A DNA stretch of 64,000 bases from Candidatus Hodarchaeota archaeon (GCA_048887225.1 JBHLJY010000002.1:256001-320000), one strand, 5' to 3'; positions 19,420 to 30,598 are shown, numbered from the stretch's first letter. Program-made: numbers and translations. The notes: generated by a model from the sequence alone, not told the origin.

Positions 19420-19568
19420 AAATTAAGAAATTTAGTGTAATTTAATAATTATAGGTATTATTATCAGACCCATGTTTTAAAGTAAAACTCAAAATTAAAT
19501 GTAAATTATCTATTTTATTGAGCAACTTTTTATTGTCAGATGTGTTTAAATCAAAATGAACCCTAAAG

Positions 19569-20729
19569 GTGTACAAAATTAAAATAAATAAGGCATCTCT
19601 TGCAAATTTTATTAATAGAAATATTAAAAGAAGTTTTGTCTTATTTAAGCGGATAACTCATAATAGGTTCAATTCCACATATTATGCAGATTTATTAGGT
19701 TTAAATCTAAATAGATTATTAAAAAATGAGTTCGTACCAAATCCAAAAGAGCATATCTATATTGAAACAACAAATATATGTAATCTAGGTTGTAAATTCT
19801 GTGCCTATAGTAAGGCCTCAACCAAAAAAACTGCAATGTCCAATAAAAAATTTTTTGAGATTGTTAATAATGCAACAGAAGCAGGGTATGATACTTTTGG
19901 TTTAACTCCAATCGTAGGAGAGGTATTCGTTGATAAAAATTTTATACAGAAACTTAATTTTCTTGAGAACCATAAGAAAGTCAAGAATTATCACTTTTTT
20001 ACTAATTTTACATTAGGTAATAAAGAAATTGTAGATGCACTTTTGAAATTTAAAAAGCTAAAAGAACTATTTATAAGTCTCTATGGTCATGATAAGGAAT
20101 CTTTTATGAAATTCACAGGAGGAAGCGAAAGCGTATATAATAATCTAATAGAAAACCTCGAATATCTTTCTAACCAGCTAAAAAATAAAAGTTTAGATTT
20201 TGAATTGGGTTTTGGTCTAAGAACTTATCGTTCATTTAACTCATTGGATGAATGCACGAGTAAATTATGCCAAATCTTGAAAGATATCCTAAATAATACG
20301 AGAAGGAGTCATCTTAATATAACCAAACTTTATTATAATTGGGGGGGATATATCACTCAAGATGATGTAGAAGGACTTGAAATTACAATAAATAAGCCAA
20401 CTAAGTATTATAAATGTGGATTATGCTCTCTTATTCTATACAAAAACCAAATTTTAGCGGATGGTCGAATAAATGCATGTGCTTGCCGAGATGTTGATGC
20501 AACATTAGAAATTGGGGATTTAAATACACAAAGATTCGAGGAAATTTACTCTATAAAAAATAAAAAGTATATTGACATAATAAAGAGTCAACAAAATGGA
20601 TATTTTAATCCAGTATGTAGAGACTGCGATTTTTATAGAAGTATTTATAAGTATTATAAAGTTTATCACAAGTATAAAAGAAAACTTTTCTGCTTAAATG
20701 ATTTTTATGCTTCTCTAAATAGAGATTAG
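19569..20729 (+). CDS. Radical SAM protein with SPASM/Twitch domain
   Basis: CNLGCKFC (CxxxCxxC), GEVF, FTN; C-terminal C...DGRINACAC...CRDC. Confidence 0.92.
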   Translation: MYKIKINKASLANFINRNIKRSFVLFKRITHNRFNSTYYADLLGLNLNRLLKNEFVPNPKEHIYIETTNICNLGCKFCAYSKASTKKTAMSNKKFFEIVNNATEAGYDTFGLTPIVGEVFVDKNFIQKLNFLENHKKVKNYHFFTNFTLGNKEIVDALLKFKKLKELFISLYGHDKESFMKFTGGSESVYNNLIENLEYLSNQLKNKSLDFELGFGLRTYRSFNSLDECTSKLCQILKDILNNTRRSHLNITKLYYNWGGYITQDDVEGLEITINKPTKYYKCGLCSLILYKNQILADGRINACACRDVDATLEIGDLNTQRFEEIYSIKNKKYIDIIKSQQNGYFNPVCRDCDFYRSIYKYYKVYHKYKRKLFCLNDFYASLNRD

Positions 20730-20742
20730 CCTTTATCTTAAT

Positions 20743-22761
20743 TTAAATGAATCCATAAAAATTTTCAGTTTTTCCATTTATTATGTCTAACATATTGGTA
20801 ATTCTAGAGATATAATTATGTTTCTCTCTCGCTAATTCTGCGGCATTCCTTTTTATTTCCTCACGTAGTTCTTGATTAGATAGATATTTATCAAGTAATA
20901 ACTTCAATTCACTTTTATTATTATACCATAATAAATGTTTCTCGTTTACTGCTAATTTCTCAAGTCCTTTAAAATAATTAGTGATAATGCAACAACCAGA
21001 TGCCATGGCAATATAAGGTCGATTCGAAGCATATAATTCTAAATCCTTGAAGTATGGATCACCTGCAAATATGATCTTACATTTTGAATATTCTTCAGAC
21101 ATGTAATTAAAGATATTCTTAATTATTTTAACCTTATAATGTTTTTTGATGTAATTTAACGTTTTAGTTCTTTCGATATAGAAGGGATTTTTCAGACTTA
21201 ATTGTCCCCCAAATCCAATCTCGAATTTTTCCTTAATAAATCTATTCCTACAAATTATTTCGGGCATTATAGCAGCAGGCATATAATACACTTTTTCTAA
21301 ATTATAAGTCTTTTTGTATATAGGAATTTCTCCTTTACTTGTAATAAACATGTAATCAATTATTTTGCTATAATCAAAGTATCTAGGTGTAATTATATCC
21401 CAAAGCCAATATACGATTTTATATTTGTTTTTCGTAAAAAAAGCTGCATTAGCTTTTAAAAAAGCTCCGCCTACCTTTCCACCTACCCACAAAATATCCG
21501 GATTGTATTTTTTTATTACTTTTATTATATAACTATATGACTCGTCTTCTAAATCTATAATATTTGTTTGATACCCTAACTTTTCAAAAGCTCTTGCTTG
21601 ACTATCCCATCTAGCATTCGTTAAGAAGGTATATCTCATTGAGTAAACGCCTAACAATAAGACTTTAATGTTATTTTTCTCAATTGGAAAACTTGGTTGA
21701 TTTTTTAAATGAGTTTGGAGCATTTTAAGTGAAGAGCTTAACGTAATTGACTGAATTGAAAGATTATTCTCATCTAATATGCGTACTAAAATACCTTTAT
21801 CAAAAAGATGTGCCGTATTTCGTGAATAATAATTCTTTTTATCTGGAACTATTATAAAAACATCTGCTCCAGGCTCAAGAATTCTTTTAATTTCATCGAA
21901 AATTCTCATATATTCCCCGAAATCAATAAACTCAAAAAAATCTGCGATTAAAGCAACATCTATACGATTTTCAGGGATTTTAAATAAATCTTCGATAGAT
22001 TTGATATGAAGTGTTTTCAAACCATATTGCTTTAGTGCTTCATCAATAATTTCCGAATTTTTTGCAATTAGTAATATATTCGTTTTATTTTTGATTATTT
22101 CTTGGTTTTGCTTTATTATCTCAATGATATCATTTAATTTCTTAACATTTTTCTTTATTTCGTGATCTTTTCTTCTCAATTGTTTTATAGCGGTGATAAT
22201 AACACTTTTATTTATATTTAAATTGCTTTTATCAAATCTTTCAAAGAGGAAATTCGCTTTTTTCAAGTCAGTTATCAATCTTTCAATTTTAACTTCATTC
22301 TTATGAAATTCTATTTGAATTTTTAGAAATCCTCCTGGAATTAGTCTATTATTGAACGATCTTAGTATTTTTTGAAATTTTTCATTTTTAAAATAATGGA
22401 AAAAATGTTTAATTGTTATAATTTGACAAGAATTCCTTTTAAAAGGTAATTTTTTAAGATTACAACAAAGTGAACTATTTGATATATGAGAATCGAAATT
22501 AAAAAATGGTAAATAATTCTTTTGCTTTAAAAATCCAATTCTTATTATCCAAAATTCATTAATATATCTAATTTTCCTCCTTCGCTTTAAGTAGGGATAA
22601 ACAATCTCAAATATTAATCTATGACTCAACAAAACACGCAAAAAAGCTGAAACCAGAGAATTGAATAAGGGATCTTTTACTTTTTTCGCAAAAAAATGCT
22701 TTAAATTTACTTTTTGAGCTTTAAGAAGCGATTTTATTATCCAAATATTCTTAAAGACCAT
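20743..22761 (-). CDS. Fusion: two methyltransferase-like domains plus CgeB/Glyco_trans_1_2-type glycosyltransferase
   Basis: LPFKRNSC...RLIPGG and IDVAL..DFFE...RILEPG; C-terminal YWLWD, SNRPYIAMASG, EIKRNA...HNYISR. Confidence 0.65.
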   Translation of the reverse strand: MVFKNIWIIKSLLKAQKVNLKHFFAKKVKDPLFNSLVSAFLRVLLSHRLIFEIVYPYLKRRRKIRYINEFWIIRIGFLKQKNYLPFFNFDSHISNSSLCCNLKKLPFKRNSCQIITIKHFFHYFKNEKFQKILRSFNNRLIPGGFLKIQIEFHKNEVKIERLITDLKKANFLFERFDKSNLNINKSVIITAIKQLRRKDHEIKKNVKKLNDIIEIIKQNQEIIKNKTNILLIAKNSEIIDEALKQYGLKTLHIKSIEDLFKIPENRIDVALIADFFEFIDFGEYMRIFDEIKRILEPGADVFIIVPDKKNYYSRNTAHLFDKGILVRILDENNLSIQSITLSSSLKMLQTHLKNQPSFPIEKNNIKVLLLGVYSMRYTFLTNARWDSQARAFEKLGYQTNIIDLEDESYSYIIKVIKKYNPDILWVGGKVGGAFLKANAAFFTKNKYKIVYWLWDIITPRYFDYSKIIDYMFITSKGEIPIYKKTYNLEKVYYMPAAIMPEIICRNRFIKEKFEIGFGGQLSLKNPFYIERTKTLNYIKKHYKVKIIKNIFNYMSEEYSKCKIIFAGDPYFKDLELYASNRPYIAMASGCCIITNYFKGLEKLAVNEKHLLWYNNKSELKLLLDKYLSNQELREEIKRNAAELAREKHNYISRITNMLDIINGKTENFYGFI

Positions 22762-22814
22762 GGTAATAAAAGATCTTGAATTTTAAATTTTAAAGTTTAA
22801 TATAAACATTTATT

Positions 22815-23801
22815 TTAAATACTGATGTGAGATTTATGCCATTCAAAAGTTTTTCTTAATCCATCATCAATGTTAGTAGAAGGGTAATAATTTAAGATTT
22901 TTTTTGCTTTTTCTGTATTTGAGTATGTCACATCGACATCCCCTTTTTGTCTTTCTGTATATCTTATCCTTTTAGACTTATTTGCGATGTTATACATTTT
23001 GTCTACCAAGTCATTAACGCTAATAGGGTTTCCTATACCTAAATTAAAAATCTCTCCTACTGAATTATTATTTTCAGCCGCTAAAATTAAACCATTTATG
23101 ATATCAGAAATGTAAGTAAAATCTCTAAGTTGCCCTCCGTCTCCATAGATAGTAATCTCTCTATCTTGTAAAATTAAATTATAAAATTTTCTTATGGCCA
23201 TATCAGGTCTACCTCTTGGGCCATATACAGTATAAAACCTTACGGAAGTAATGGGTAAATAATATTCTCTAAAATAAAAATCAGCATAGATTTCTCCAAC
23301 CAATTTAGAAACTGCATAAGGAGATATTGGATTTTTTGGATGTTCTTCATCGAGTGGTGTATAAATTGGATTTCCATATACAGAGGATGATGAAGAATAA
23401 ACTACTTTCTTCACGTTGTTACGCAAAGCAAATTCTAAGATATTTACAGTACCTACAATATTGTTGTTTGTCACTTCTGACGCGTGCTCAATAGAATATC
23501 TTACACCTGCTTGAGCCGCCAGATGAAATATAATATCGACTTCGCAATTTATTTCATTATAAACTGATTTATCTAAAAGATCTCCCTTAATTAAAAAGTA
23601 ATCTTTTGAAATTTCATAATCTTTTGTTATTTTTTCGAACTGTTCCTCTTTCCCATTATAATATTTATTAAAATTATCAATAACGATAATATAATTGTTT
23701 CCTTTAATTAAATTTTCAAACAAATGTCCCCCAATAAAACCAGCGGCACCAGTAATAAGGATTGATTTATTTTTTATCATATTGTGTTTTCCACTTTGCA
23801 T
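22815..23801 (-). CDS. NAD-dependent NDP-sugar epimerase (UDP-glucuronate 4-epimerase-like)
   Basis: GAAGFIG, HLAAQAGVRYS, SSSSVYG, YAVSK, VYGPRGRPDMA, RDFTY; start may be ATG 23780. Confidence 0.9.
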   Translation of the reverse strand: MQSGKHNMIKNKSILITGAAGFIGGHLFENLIKGNNYIIVIDNFNKYYNGKEEQFEKITKDYEISKDYFLIKGDLLDKSVYNEINCEVDIIFHLAAQAGVRYSIEHASEVTNNNIVGTVNILEFALRNNVKKVVYSSSSSVYGNPIYTPLDEEHPKNPISPYAVSKLVGEIYADFYFREYYLPITSVRFYTVYGPRGRPDMAIRKFYNLILQDREITIYGDGGQLRDFTYISDIINGLILAAENNNSVGEIFNLGIGNPISVNDLVDKMYNIANKSKRIRYTERQKGDVDVTYSNTEKAKKILNYYPSTNIDDGLRKTFEWHKSHISI

Positions 23802-23808
23802 TATTAAA

Positions 23809-25008
23809 TTATTTAGTTCTAGTTGTTAAAATAGTCTCTTTATAAAGTCTTTTTACCTTTTGAGCTATATTGGACCAATCAAACTGTCTAACCTTCTTAA
23901 GTGAATTTTTTAAAATTGTATCACAAAGATTTTTATCTTTATAGAGAATTCTTAATTTCTTGACAATTTCTTCTCTTTCTCCGCAAGGAATTATTGAATT
24001 CTCATCAAGAATTTCATCAACTTCTCCGACATCTGTACAAATACATGGAACATTGGATGCTATTGCCTCTAATAAAACAGTTGGAAAGCCTTCTACATAT
24101 GAAGTTAAAGCAAGAAAATCTGAAATTGCGTAAAATTTTTCTATTTCTAATCTTGTTCCTAATAAAAAGACATTTTCATGTAAACCTAAAATCTTTAGCT
24201 CCTTCTTTAATTTTTTTCGATACTTTCCATCACCCAAGTAAAGCAATTTTATCTTTTTTTTCTGATTTTCACTTAATTCAGAAAGGAATATTTTGAAACT
24301 ATGAAGAAAATCAATCATTCCATAGACTTTCTGTTTCAGATCCATAAATCCAACATATATTATGATAAAATCATCATTATCAATAAATGAGGAGACCTCT
24401 AAATCGTTTATTATTTTTTCTTTCTCTTTAATGCTGGAAACATGAAAAAATCTATTTAGCTCAACACCTACGGGGATCCATTTTAATTTTCTTATATCAA
24501 GTTTGTTTTTTTCAAAAAAAGGGATCATTCTTCTACTAACTATGATATAACTCGCTGCATGTTGATATATCAGCTTTAATTCTAATAAAAAATTCAATTT
24601 AAAGTGCGAATCAAGCCCATGTTGAGTATAGATACATGGGATTCTGAATATACGATTAAATATAACAGCCATTAATCCAGTTACTGCAGGATTATCACAA
24701 TGAATTAAATCTATTCGATATTTCCTGTGGAGCTTTAGGAGTTTTTTTAATGAATAATATCCAAACCTGATTAAAAAGAGGATTTGACTTATAGCCTTTG
24801 CATTCCATTTTGAAGCTCTTAATGGTAAATAATAGATTTTAAAGTTTTCATTTACTATTTTATATTTATCTTTAAATCCTTTGGGTCTACAAGTTACATT
24901 AAACATTCTAAATCTTTTATCTGAGACATGCTTAGAAAGAAAATATGCATAAACTGCTGGCCCTGCTTTATCCGGATAAATTCTAGTTGTAAGTCTAACA
25001 ATATTCAT
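23809..25008 (-). CDS. Glycosyltransferase family 4
   Basis: TQHG, TSYVEGFPTVLLEA, TDVG. Confidence 0.9.
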   Translation of the reverse strand: MNIVRLTTRIYPDKAGPAVYAYFLSKHVSDKRFRMFNVTCRPKGFKDKYKIVNENFKIYYLPLRASKWNAKAISQILFLIRFGYYSLKKLLKLHRKYRIDLIHCDNPAVTGLMAVIFNRIFRIPCIYTQHGLDSHFKLNFLLELKLIYQHAASYIIVSRRMIPFFEKNKLDIRKLKWIPVGVELNRFFHVSSIKEKEKIINDLEVSSFIDNDDFIIIYVGFMDLKQKVYGMIDFLHSFKIFLSELSENQKKKIKLLYLGDGKYRKKLKKELKILGLHENVFLLGTRLEIEKFYAISDFLALTSYVEGFPTVLLEAIASNVPCICTDVGEVDEILDENSIIPCGEREEIVKKLRILYKDKNLCDTILKNSLKKVRQFDWSNIAQKVKRLYKETILTTRTK

Positions 25009-25027
25009 GAAAAATCACCAATAGAAG

Positions 25028-27022
25028 CTAAGTTTTGAAAAGTATATAATCGCTGTTTTCTAACTTCTCTTTAAAATCTGGATTACGAGATAAGTAATCT
25101 TCTATTCTTTCATTATCTAAATAATCTTTTGGAAAAATTAAATAATCAATATCCCTTTGCTGAACTTCTAATAAAAGTTCTTCATAAGTAGAATTTTCCT
25201 TCAAATCCCATTCTTTAACTTTCATATCATAAAGCATCCTAAAAATTACTGCCGAGTCTAACTCTTCGCGTAAAATTACAGAATCTGGATCCGCGTTTTC
25301 TCGGAGATAAAGTACAACCTCTACTAAGTTATCATCATAATAATAATAAAAATCAGGCCATCGATTTATATAATATGTTGAGCTTGCTGATACTAACAAA
25401 AAACCAACCATAATGGAATCAATTCTAAAGAGTCTTGAATACGGTTTTCTGCTATTAATGAATTTTTTATAGAATGCAAATTTATGAATTAAATAATCTG
25501 TAAATAATCTTGCTTTATTTACAACCCATTCAATTGCATAAACCGTTATAATTATTACAGGTAAACAAAAACTTTGTAAAATCCTCTTCCTAAATTTAAT
25601 AAAAAAACCTAAATTGTAAAAAAAGGAAGGTAAAAAGAAAAATATTATAATCATTATAATAAAGAACTTGAAATATGCTAAAATCTCTAAGTCTTTTTGA
25701 CTTTTTTTAGGTTTGACATATATTAATAAGCCTATAATTGCAAAAATGAAAAAGAGAAATATCGAATTCCTAAAAATTTCATCAAAAACATCTAATAATC
25801 TTACATCTATAATTGGCTCAAAAAATTCCAACGGAAATACCATTTCTAACAAATAATTATTAAGATCTTCATAAAATACATTATAAAGGGAATCTTCAAA
25901 ATTAGTAAAACGCTCTGAAAAATGCACAAGAAAGTCAAAGAATGAATCATTATAGACTATATATATACTTAAAAAGTAAGGAATTAAAAGAACTAACGAA
26001 ATTGATATTAAAATAACAATAGAATATGTTTGTTTTAAAAAATTTTTCCGATTTTTAATAAAAAGTAAAAACTTAAAAACGTAAAAGGAAAAAAGTACAA
26101 AAATATAATAGAAAGTCGTGAGTGGGTGGATCAAATACAAACCCGCTAAAAATATTCCAATTATATAATCAGGATATTTATTTATTACTATTAGTATTGA
26201 GATTACAAGTATAATTGATGCTAAAGAAGATGACAAATATAGTATCGTCCGTGCTATGAAATATCTTGATATTAAAATAAATAATAAGGCTAAAATAACG
26301 AGATAATGCTTTTTAAACAGTTTTCTAATGATTATAAATGCGATAATTATATAAAGTGATAACATGTAAAGAGAGATTAATTTAAAGTAATAATATCCAA
26401 AGATGTAATCGGGGTAAATCAAAAGAACGCCCGCATTGAAAAATGTGTGACCAGAAGGGTAGTTGTAATCTAAATATTCATATTCAATATGTCCATTATC
26501 AATTAAATAGAAAACCGTCTGATACCACTTGAAAGGATCTGTATAAATTAAGGAATCAGAGTCATTGATAATTACCATTTGAATCATGATACTTATTACA
26601 ATTATAAAAACTAATGATGCGAAGCAAAATATATTGTTCTTATCTGAAAAGTACTCTTCAACTCTCTCTTTAAATAAGCTTATTTTATATTGAGAGATTA
26701 TTTTTTCTTTATTTCTGAAGATCAAATAACCAAGAAAAGCACTATCAAAGATAACAATTGAAAGATAAGCAGTATAGAAATTAAACATCTTAAATAAGTC
26801 AATAATATAACATAAACTGATATAAATGGACACACCAAGACCAAATGATAGAAATAACTGTTCTAAAAAGGTATTAGAGTGATTTATTTTTTCAAATTTT
26901 TCTCTTTTGTTAAATATCTTTTCTTTTATTAAGAAAAAAACAGAATATCCTAAAATGGATAAGAGAAAGAAAAATACAAAAAAAATTAAACCTACAAGAA
27001 AAATATATAGCAGAATATCCAT
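25028..27022 (-). CDS. Multi-pass membrane protein, GT-C/STT3-like, paralogue 2
   Basis: TDPFKW...YPSG, HPLT; C-terminal YLRENADPDSVIL...IDYLIF...LENSDYILFK. Confidence 0.6.
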   Translation of the reverse strand: MDILLYIFLVGLIFFVFFFLLSILGYSVFFLIKEKIFNKREKFEKINHSNTFLEQLFLSFGLGVSIYISLCYIIDLFKMFNFYTAYLSIVIFDSAFLGYLIFRNKEKIISQYKISLFKERVEEYFSDKNNIFCFASLVFIIVISIMIQMVIINDSDSLIYTDPFKWYQTVFYLIDNGHIEYEYLDYNYPSGHTFFNAGVLLIYPDYIFGYYYFKLISLYMLSLYIIIAFIIIRKLFKKHYLVILALLFILISRYFIARTILYLSSSLASIILVISILIVINKYPDYIIGIFLAGLYLIHPLTTFYYIFVLFSFYVFKFLLFIKNRKNFLKQTYSIVILISISLVLLIPYFLSIYIVYNDSFFDFLVHFSERFTNFEDSLYNVFYEDLNNYLLEMVFPLEFFEPIIDVRLLDVFDEIFRNSIFLFFIFAIIGLLIYVKPKKSQKDLEILAYFKFFIIMIIIFFFLPSFFYNLGFFIKFRKRILQSFCLPVIIITVYAIEWVVNKARLFTDYLIHKFAFYKKFINSRKPYSRLFRIDSIMVGFLLVSASSTYYINRWPDFYYYYDDNLVEVVLYLRENADPDSVILREELDSAVIFRMLYDMKVKEWDLKENSTYEELLLEVQQRDIDYLIFPKDYLDNERIEDYLSRNPDFKEKLENSDYILFKT

Positions 27023-27159
27023 TTTGTTCTTAAATCAATTCAAACTTTTCAGATTATTTGAAATAATCTTATTTAATGATTAAATATTTTTAATTTTTAA
27101 TAACACAGTTTATATTCTCATTATTTTTGAATCTTTTGAATGTAATTAACGAATGAGTA

Positions 27160-28335
27160 ATGAATATTCTAATTATATCTCAGGTGTTCCCCCCTAAAAG
27201 AGGAGGAGTACAGACAGCTGCGTATAACACAGCCAAATTTCTAGCTAATCTTGGCCATGATGTAGTAGTTGTAACAAGTAAATGGGGAGAAGAACAACGA
27301 AAAAAGCATAAAATGGATGGTTTTCTCGTATACCGATTTAAACAATTTAATCCCCCTGAATATTCTAAGATCACACAAGTTTCAAGTCTAAGATTCATGC
27401 CAAAAGCTATATATAAATTACCTAAAATAATTAGAAAACATAAAATCCAGGTAATCCACGCAGAGAGCAGATTATTTCCAATTTCATGGATCTCAACATT
27501 ATTAAATAAAATTATTTTTAAAAGACCTATGTTTGTATCTGTTCAAGGGCGTTTAGAAGTTGGGATTACTGGCATAATAGAGAATGTTTTTGATAGAATT
27601 ATTACTAAACATGTTTATGAAAAGAATTTGAATAAAATAATTTGTGTTAGTGATTCTCTTAAAGAGCGACTTGTTCAACTTAAAATAAGAGAAAGTAAAT
27701 TAAAAATGATACCAAATGGAGTAGATACAACTGAATTTGTTCGTCGTCCTCATTCAACATTTTTGGACAAACACCTAAATGGAAAAAAAGATTATAAACG
27801 AGTTGTATTTGTGGGTAGGCTAGATGTTCAAAAAGGTGTAGAATATTTAATACGAGCGATTCCAAACGTAATTTTAAAGTACAAAAAGGTTCATTTCTTT
27901 GTTCTTGGTAATGGAAATTTAGAAATCATGTTAAAGAAACTTGCCAAAGAATTACAAATTCAAGATCATGTGACATTTTTAGATTTCATTCCGTTAGAAA
28001 AAATGCCTGATTTTTATTCTTCGGCAGATATATTCTGTTTACCATCTCTTCACGAAGGTTTTCCATTAAGCATTGCTGAATCTCTTTCAATAGGATTAAT
28101 TATCGTAGCCTCTGCGATTGAAGGCGTTCCAGAAGCAATAATTGAAGGAAAAAATGGATTCTTAGCTAAACCTGGCAATGTTATAGAATTATCCAATAAA
28201 TTACTTAAAGCACTAAATCTTAAGGAAAACCAAATTAATGAGATTAAAAATAATAATATCAAATTAAGCAGATCTAAATATTCTTGGGAGAAAATAGTCG
28301 GAGAAATTGTCAAAGTCTATAAATTAAGTCCTTAA
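27160..28335 (+). CDS. Glycosyltransferase family 4
   Basis: FPPKRGGV, IPNGVD, GRLDVQKG, PSLHEGFPLSIAES. Confidence 0.93.
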   Translation: MNILIISQVFPPKRGGVQTAAYNTAKFLANLGHDVVVVTSKWGEEQRKKHKMDGFLVYRFKQFNPPEYSKITQVSSLRFMPKAIYKLPKIIRKHKIQVIHAESRLFPISWISTLLNKIIFKRPMFVSVQGRLEVGITGIIENVFDRIITKHVYEKNLNKIICVSDSLKERLVQLKIRESKLKMIPNGVDTTEFVRRPHSTFLDKHLNGKKDYKRVVFVGRLDVQKGVEYLIRAIPNVILKYKKVHFFVLGNGNLEIMLKKLAKELQIQDHVTFLDFIPLEKMPDFYSSADIFCLPSLHEGFPLSIAESLSIGLIIVASAIEGVPEAIIEGKNGFLAKPGNVIELSNKLLKALNLKENQINEIKNNNIKLSRSKYSWEKIVGEIVKVYKLSP

Positions 28336-28446
28336 AAAGTTGTTTATACAATCAAATAACTCATTAAATAAATTTAAATTTCATAATGATATTACTATCA
28401 TTAACAAGGATTTGTAATCTTAAGAATATTTAACTTTAATAAAAAT

Positions 28447-29352
28447 ATGACAAGTCCTCAGAAAAAATTAGATTTTCAAACACAATTGCCATTATTTTGT
28501 TATGGAGGTCTTATAATAATAGCTCTTTTACTTGTTATTTCTAAAGATTTAAAATCTAATCAAAAAAAGAGATTTGTTAACTCAAGGAATGAATACCTTT
28601 ATCCTGGTTTAAGAGTAGGTATTATTATACCTGCTTATAACGAAGAACAGAATATCGGAAAAACTCTGTCACTTATGCCCAGAAATATCAGCGATAAATT
28701 TGAAGTGATCGTTATTGATGATGGTTCAAGCGATAAGACAGTAGAAATTGCAAATCAATTTGATACAACGGTTATTCGACATCCCAAAAATAAAGGAAAC
28801 GGAGCTGCGATACAAACAGGTTTAGATTATTGTAGAGATAACGACAAAGAGATTGTTTTAATAATCGACGCCGATGGCCAGCATGAACCTCGTTATATTA
28901 AAGATTTTATAAAGCCGATTGTAGAAGATGGTTATGATTATGTAATCGGCAATCGTTTTAGATACCATTATAACATGAGACTAGTTAAAAAAGTAGCCTC
29001 AAGAATAATGAGTTTCGTTGTATCTTTTGTACTTCGCCAAGAGATAAGCGATCCTACTATGGGATTTAGAGCGCTTTCAAAAAGAGTGATAAAATTAACA
29101 TATTTTGAATCTGATTATTCAATTACGCTTGAAATGCTTTTTAAAATAGTTCCTTACTTTAGGACTTGTCAAATTCCTATTAAAATAAATGAAAGAGTGT
29201 ATGGTCAATCTTTCATAAAATTAAAGAGATATTTCTATAAAACTTTTTTCTCATTCATAAAATATTTCCTATTTCCAAAAGTGTACAGATTTGCATATCA
29301 GGCTTTAAGGAAAGATTTAAGAAGGAAAGTCTACCTGATGTTCAAAACATAA
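28447..29352 (+). CDS. Glycosyltransferase family 2 (DPM/DPG-synthase-like) with N-terminal TM helix
   Basis: IPAYNEE, DDGSSD, NKGNG, DADGQH, GNRF, DPTMGFR. Confidence 0.9.
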   Translation: MTSPQKKLDFQTQLPLFCYGGLIIIALLLVISKDLKSNQKKRFVNSRNEYLYPGLRVGIIIPAYNEEQNIGKTLSLMPRNISDKFEVIVIDDGSSDKTVEIANQFDTTVIRHPKNKGNGAAIQTGLDYCRDNDKEIVLIIDADGQHEPRYIKDFIKPIVEDGYDYVIGNRFRYHYNMRLVKKVASRIMSFVVSFVLRQEISDPTMGFRALSKRVIKLTYFESDYSITLEMLFKIVPYFRTCQIPIKINERVYGQSFIKLKRYFYKTFFSFIKYFLFPKVYRFAYQALRKDLRRKVYLMFKT

Positions 29353-29359
29353 ATCTCTT

Positions 29360-30544
29360 CTACGTGAATGGCGAATTTTTCAGAACTTTCTTATAAATTA
29401 ATATTATCTTTTTAGTTATCGCTTCCCAAGAAAACTTTTGTCTAATTAAAGCTCTTCCAATCTTTCCTAATTTTGCATATTCTTGATTGTTTTTTATTTT
29501 GTTGATAAATTCAATAGCCTGATCTAACATACCATTTTCAAATAAATAACCTGTTTTATTATGCTGGACAATCTCGCTTGTCCCCCCAACGTCAGAAGCC
29601 ACAACTGGAATTTCACATGATAATGCCTCTAACACACAAGTTGGCAATCCTTCTGCTCTAGAAGTTTGTACAAATATTGAGCATTGATTATAATATTTAA
29701 CTATTTCACTATGGTTTACTCTTTCTAAGAATTTGATTGGATATTTTTCATTTGCTTTTTTCACATCATTTAGATATGGGCCTTCTCCTATAATTAAAAA
29801 CTCTTGATTTCTATCAATCTCATTAATTTTCTTGATTAATTCTAAAAACAAATCAATACCTTTAATTTTAGTTAATCTCCCGATGAACCCTATATATTTT
29901 TTATCGATCTTATCTAATCTTTTAAATTCTTTAGAATCTACTACATTTGGGATATAAAAATTGTGTGTTTTTCTATTACTTTTAAAGACATTATTAACTG
30001 CCAATAGGTCTTCTTTAGATACTGAAATTATTGCATTTGCTCTTTTAATCATAAATTTACCAATGATTAAATCAAAAAAAAATTTCTTTATAAGTAGCAT
30101 AGCTTTTTCAATTAAGCTTGAAGCAATAAATTCTTCAGTTTGAATCCCCCCGTGAAGATGTAATATAACGGGTATTTTTTGATTAAATAGTAATCTATAA
30201 ATGAAAGTTTGTATCGTTGCGAAATATATATATGAATGGACATGAATTAGATCATATTTATTTGCGTTTTTCTTCAAGTATTTTAAAACTAAGAATAATG
30301 GATTCTTAATTCGTAAAAAATTATCATTATCTGGGAAGGCATATACTTTTTGTTTTAATACATTTATGTTTAATCCAATTTGATCAATTATTGGCCCTTT
30401 TTTTGACAATGTACTTGTGAGGATATCAACTTCAATACCTTTTTTTTCTAAATTTAAAGCTAGATCCCTACAAAAAAGAGCTAGTCCTCCTAGATATTCT
30501 GGAGGAGAAGGAGTAATTATTAAAACTTTCATTTTATTTATCAA
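29360..30544 (-). CDS. Glycosyltransferase family 4
   Basis: LGGL, HLHG, GRLTKIKG, SRAEGLPTCVLEA, SDVGG. Confidence 0.93.
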   Translation of the reverse strand: MINKMKVLIITPSPPEYLGGLALFCRDLALNLEKKGIEVDILTSTLSKKGPIIDQIGLNINVLKQKVYAFPDNDNFLRIKNPLFLVLKYLKKNANKYDLIHVHSYIYFATIQTFIYRLLFNQKIPVILHLHGGIQTEEFIASSLIEKAMLLIKKFFFDLIIGKFMIKRANAIISVSKEDLLAVNNVFKSNRKTHNFYIPNVVDSKEFKRLDKIDKKYIGFIGRLTKIKGIDLFLELIKKINEIDRNQEFLIIGEGPYLNDVKKANEKYPIKFLERVNHSEIVKYYNQCSIFVQTSRAEGLPTCVLEALSCEIPVVASDVGGTSEIVQHNKTGYLFENGMLDQAIEFINKIKNNQEYAKLGKIGRALIRQKFSWEAITKKIILIYKKVLKNSPFT

Positions 30545-30598
30545 ATTTTTTAATTAAATAAATAGAATTTAGATTAGTTATATTAAAGTATTGTAATT

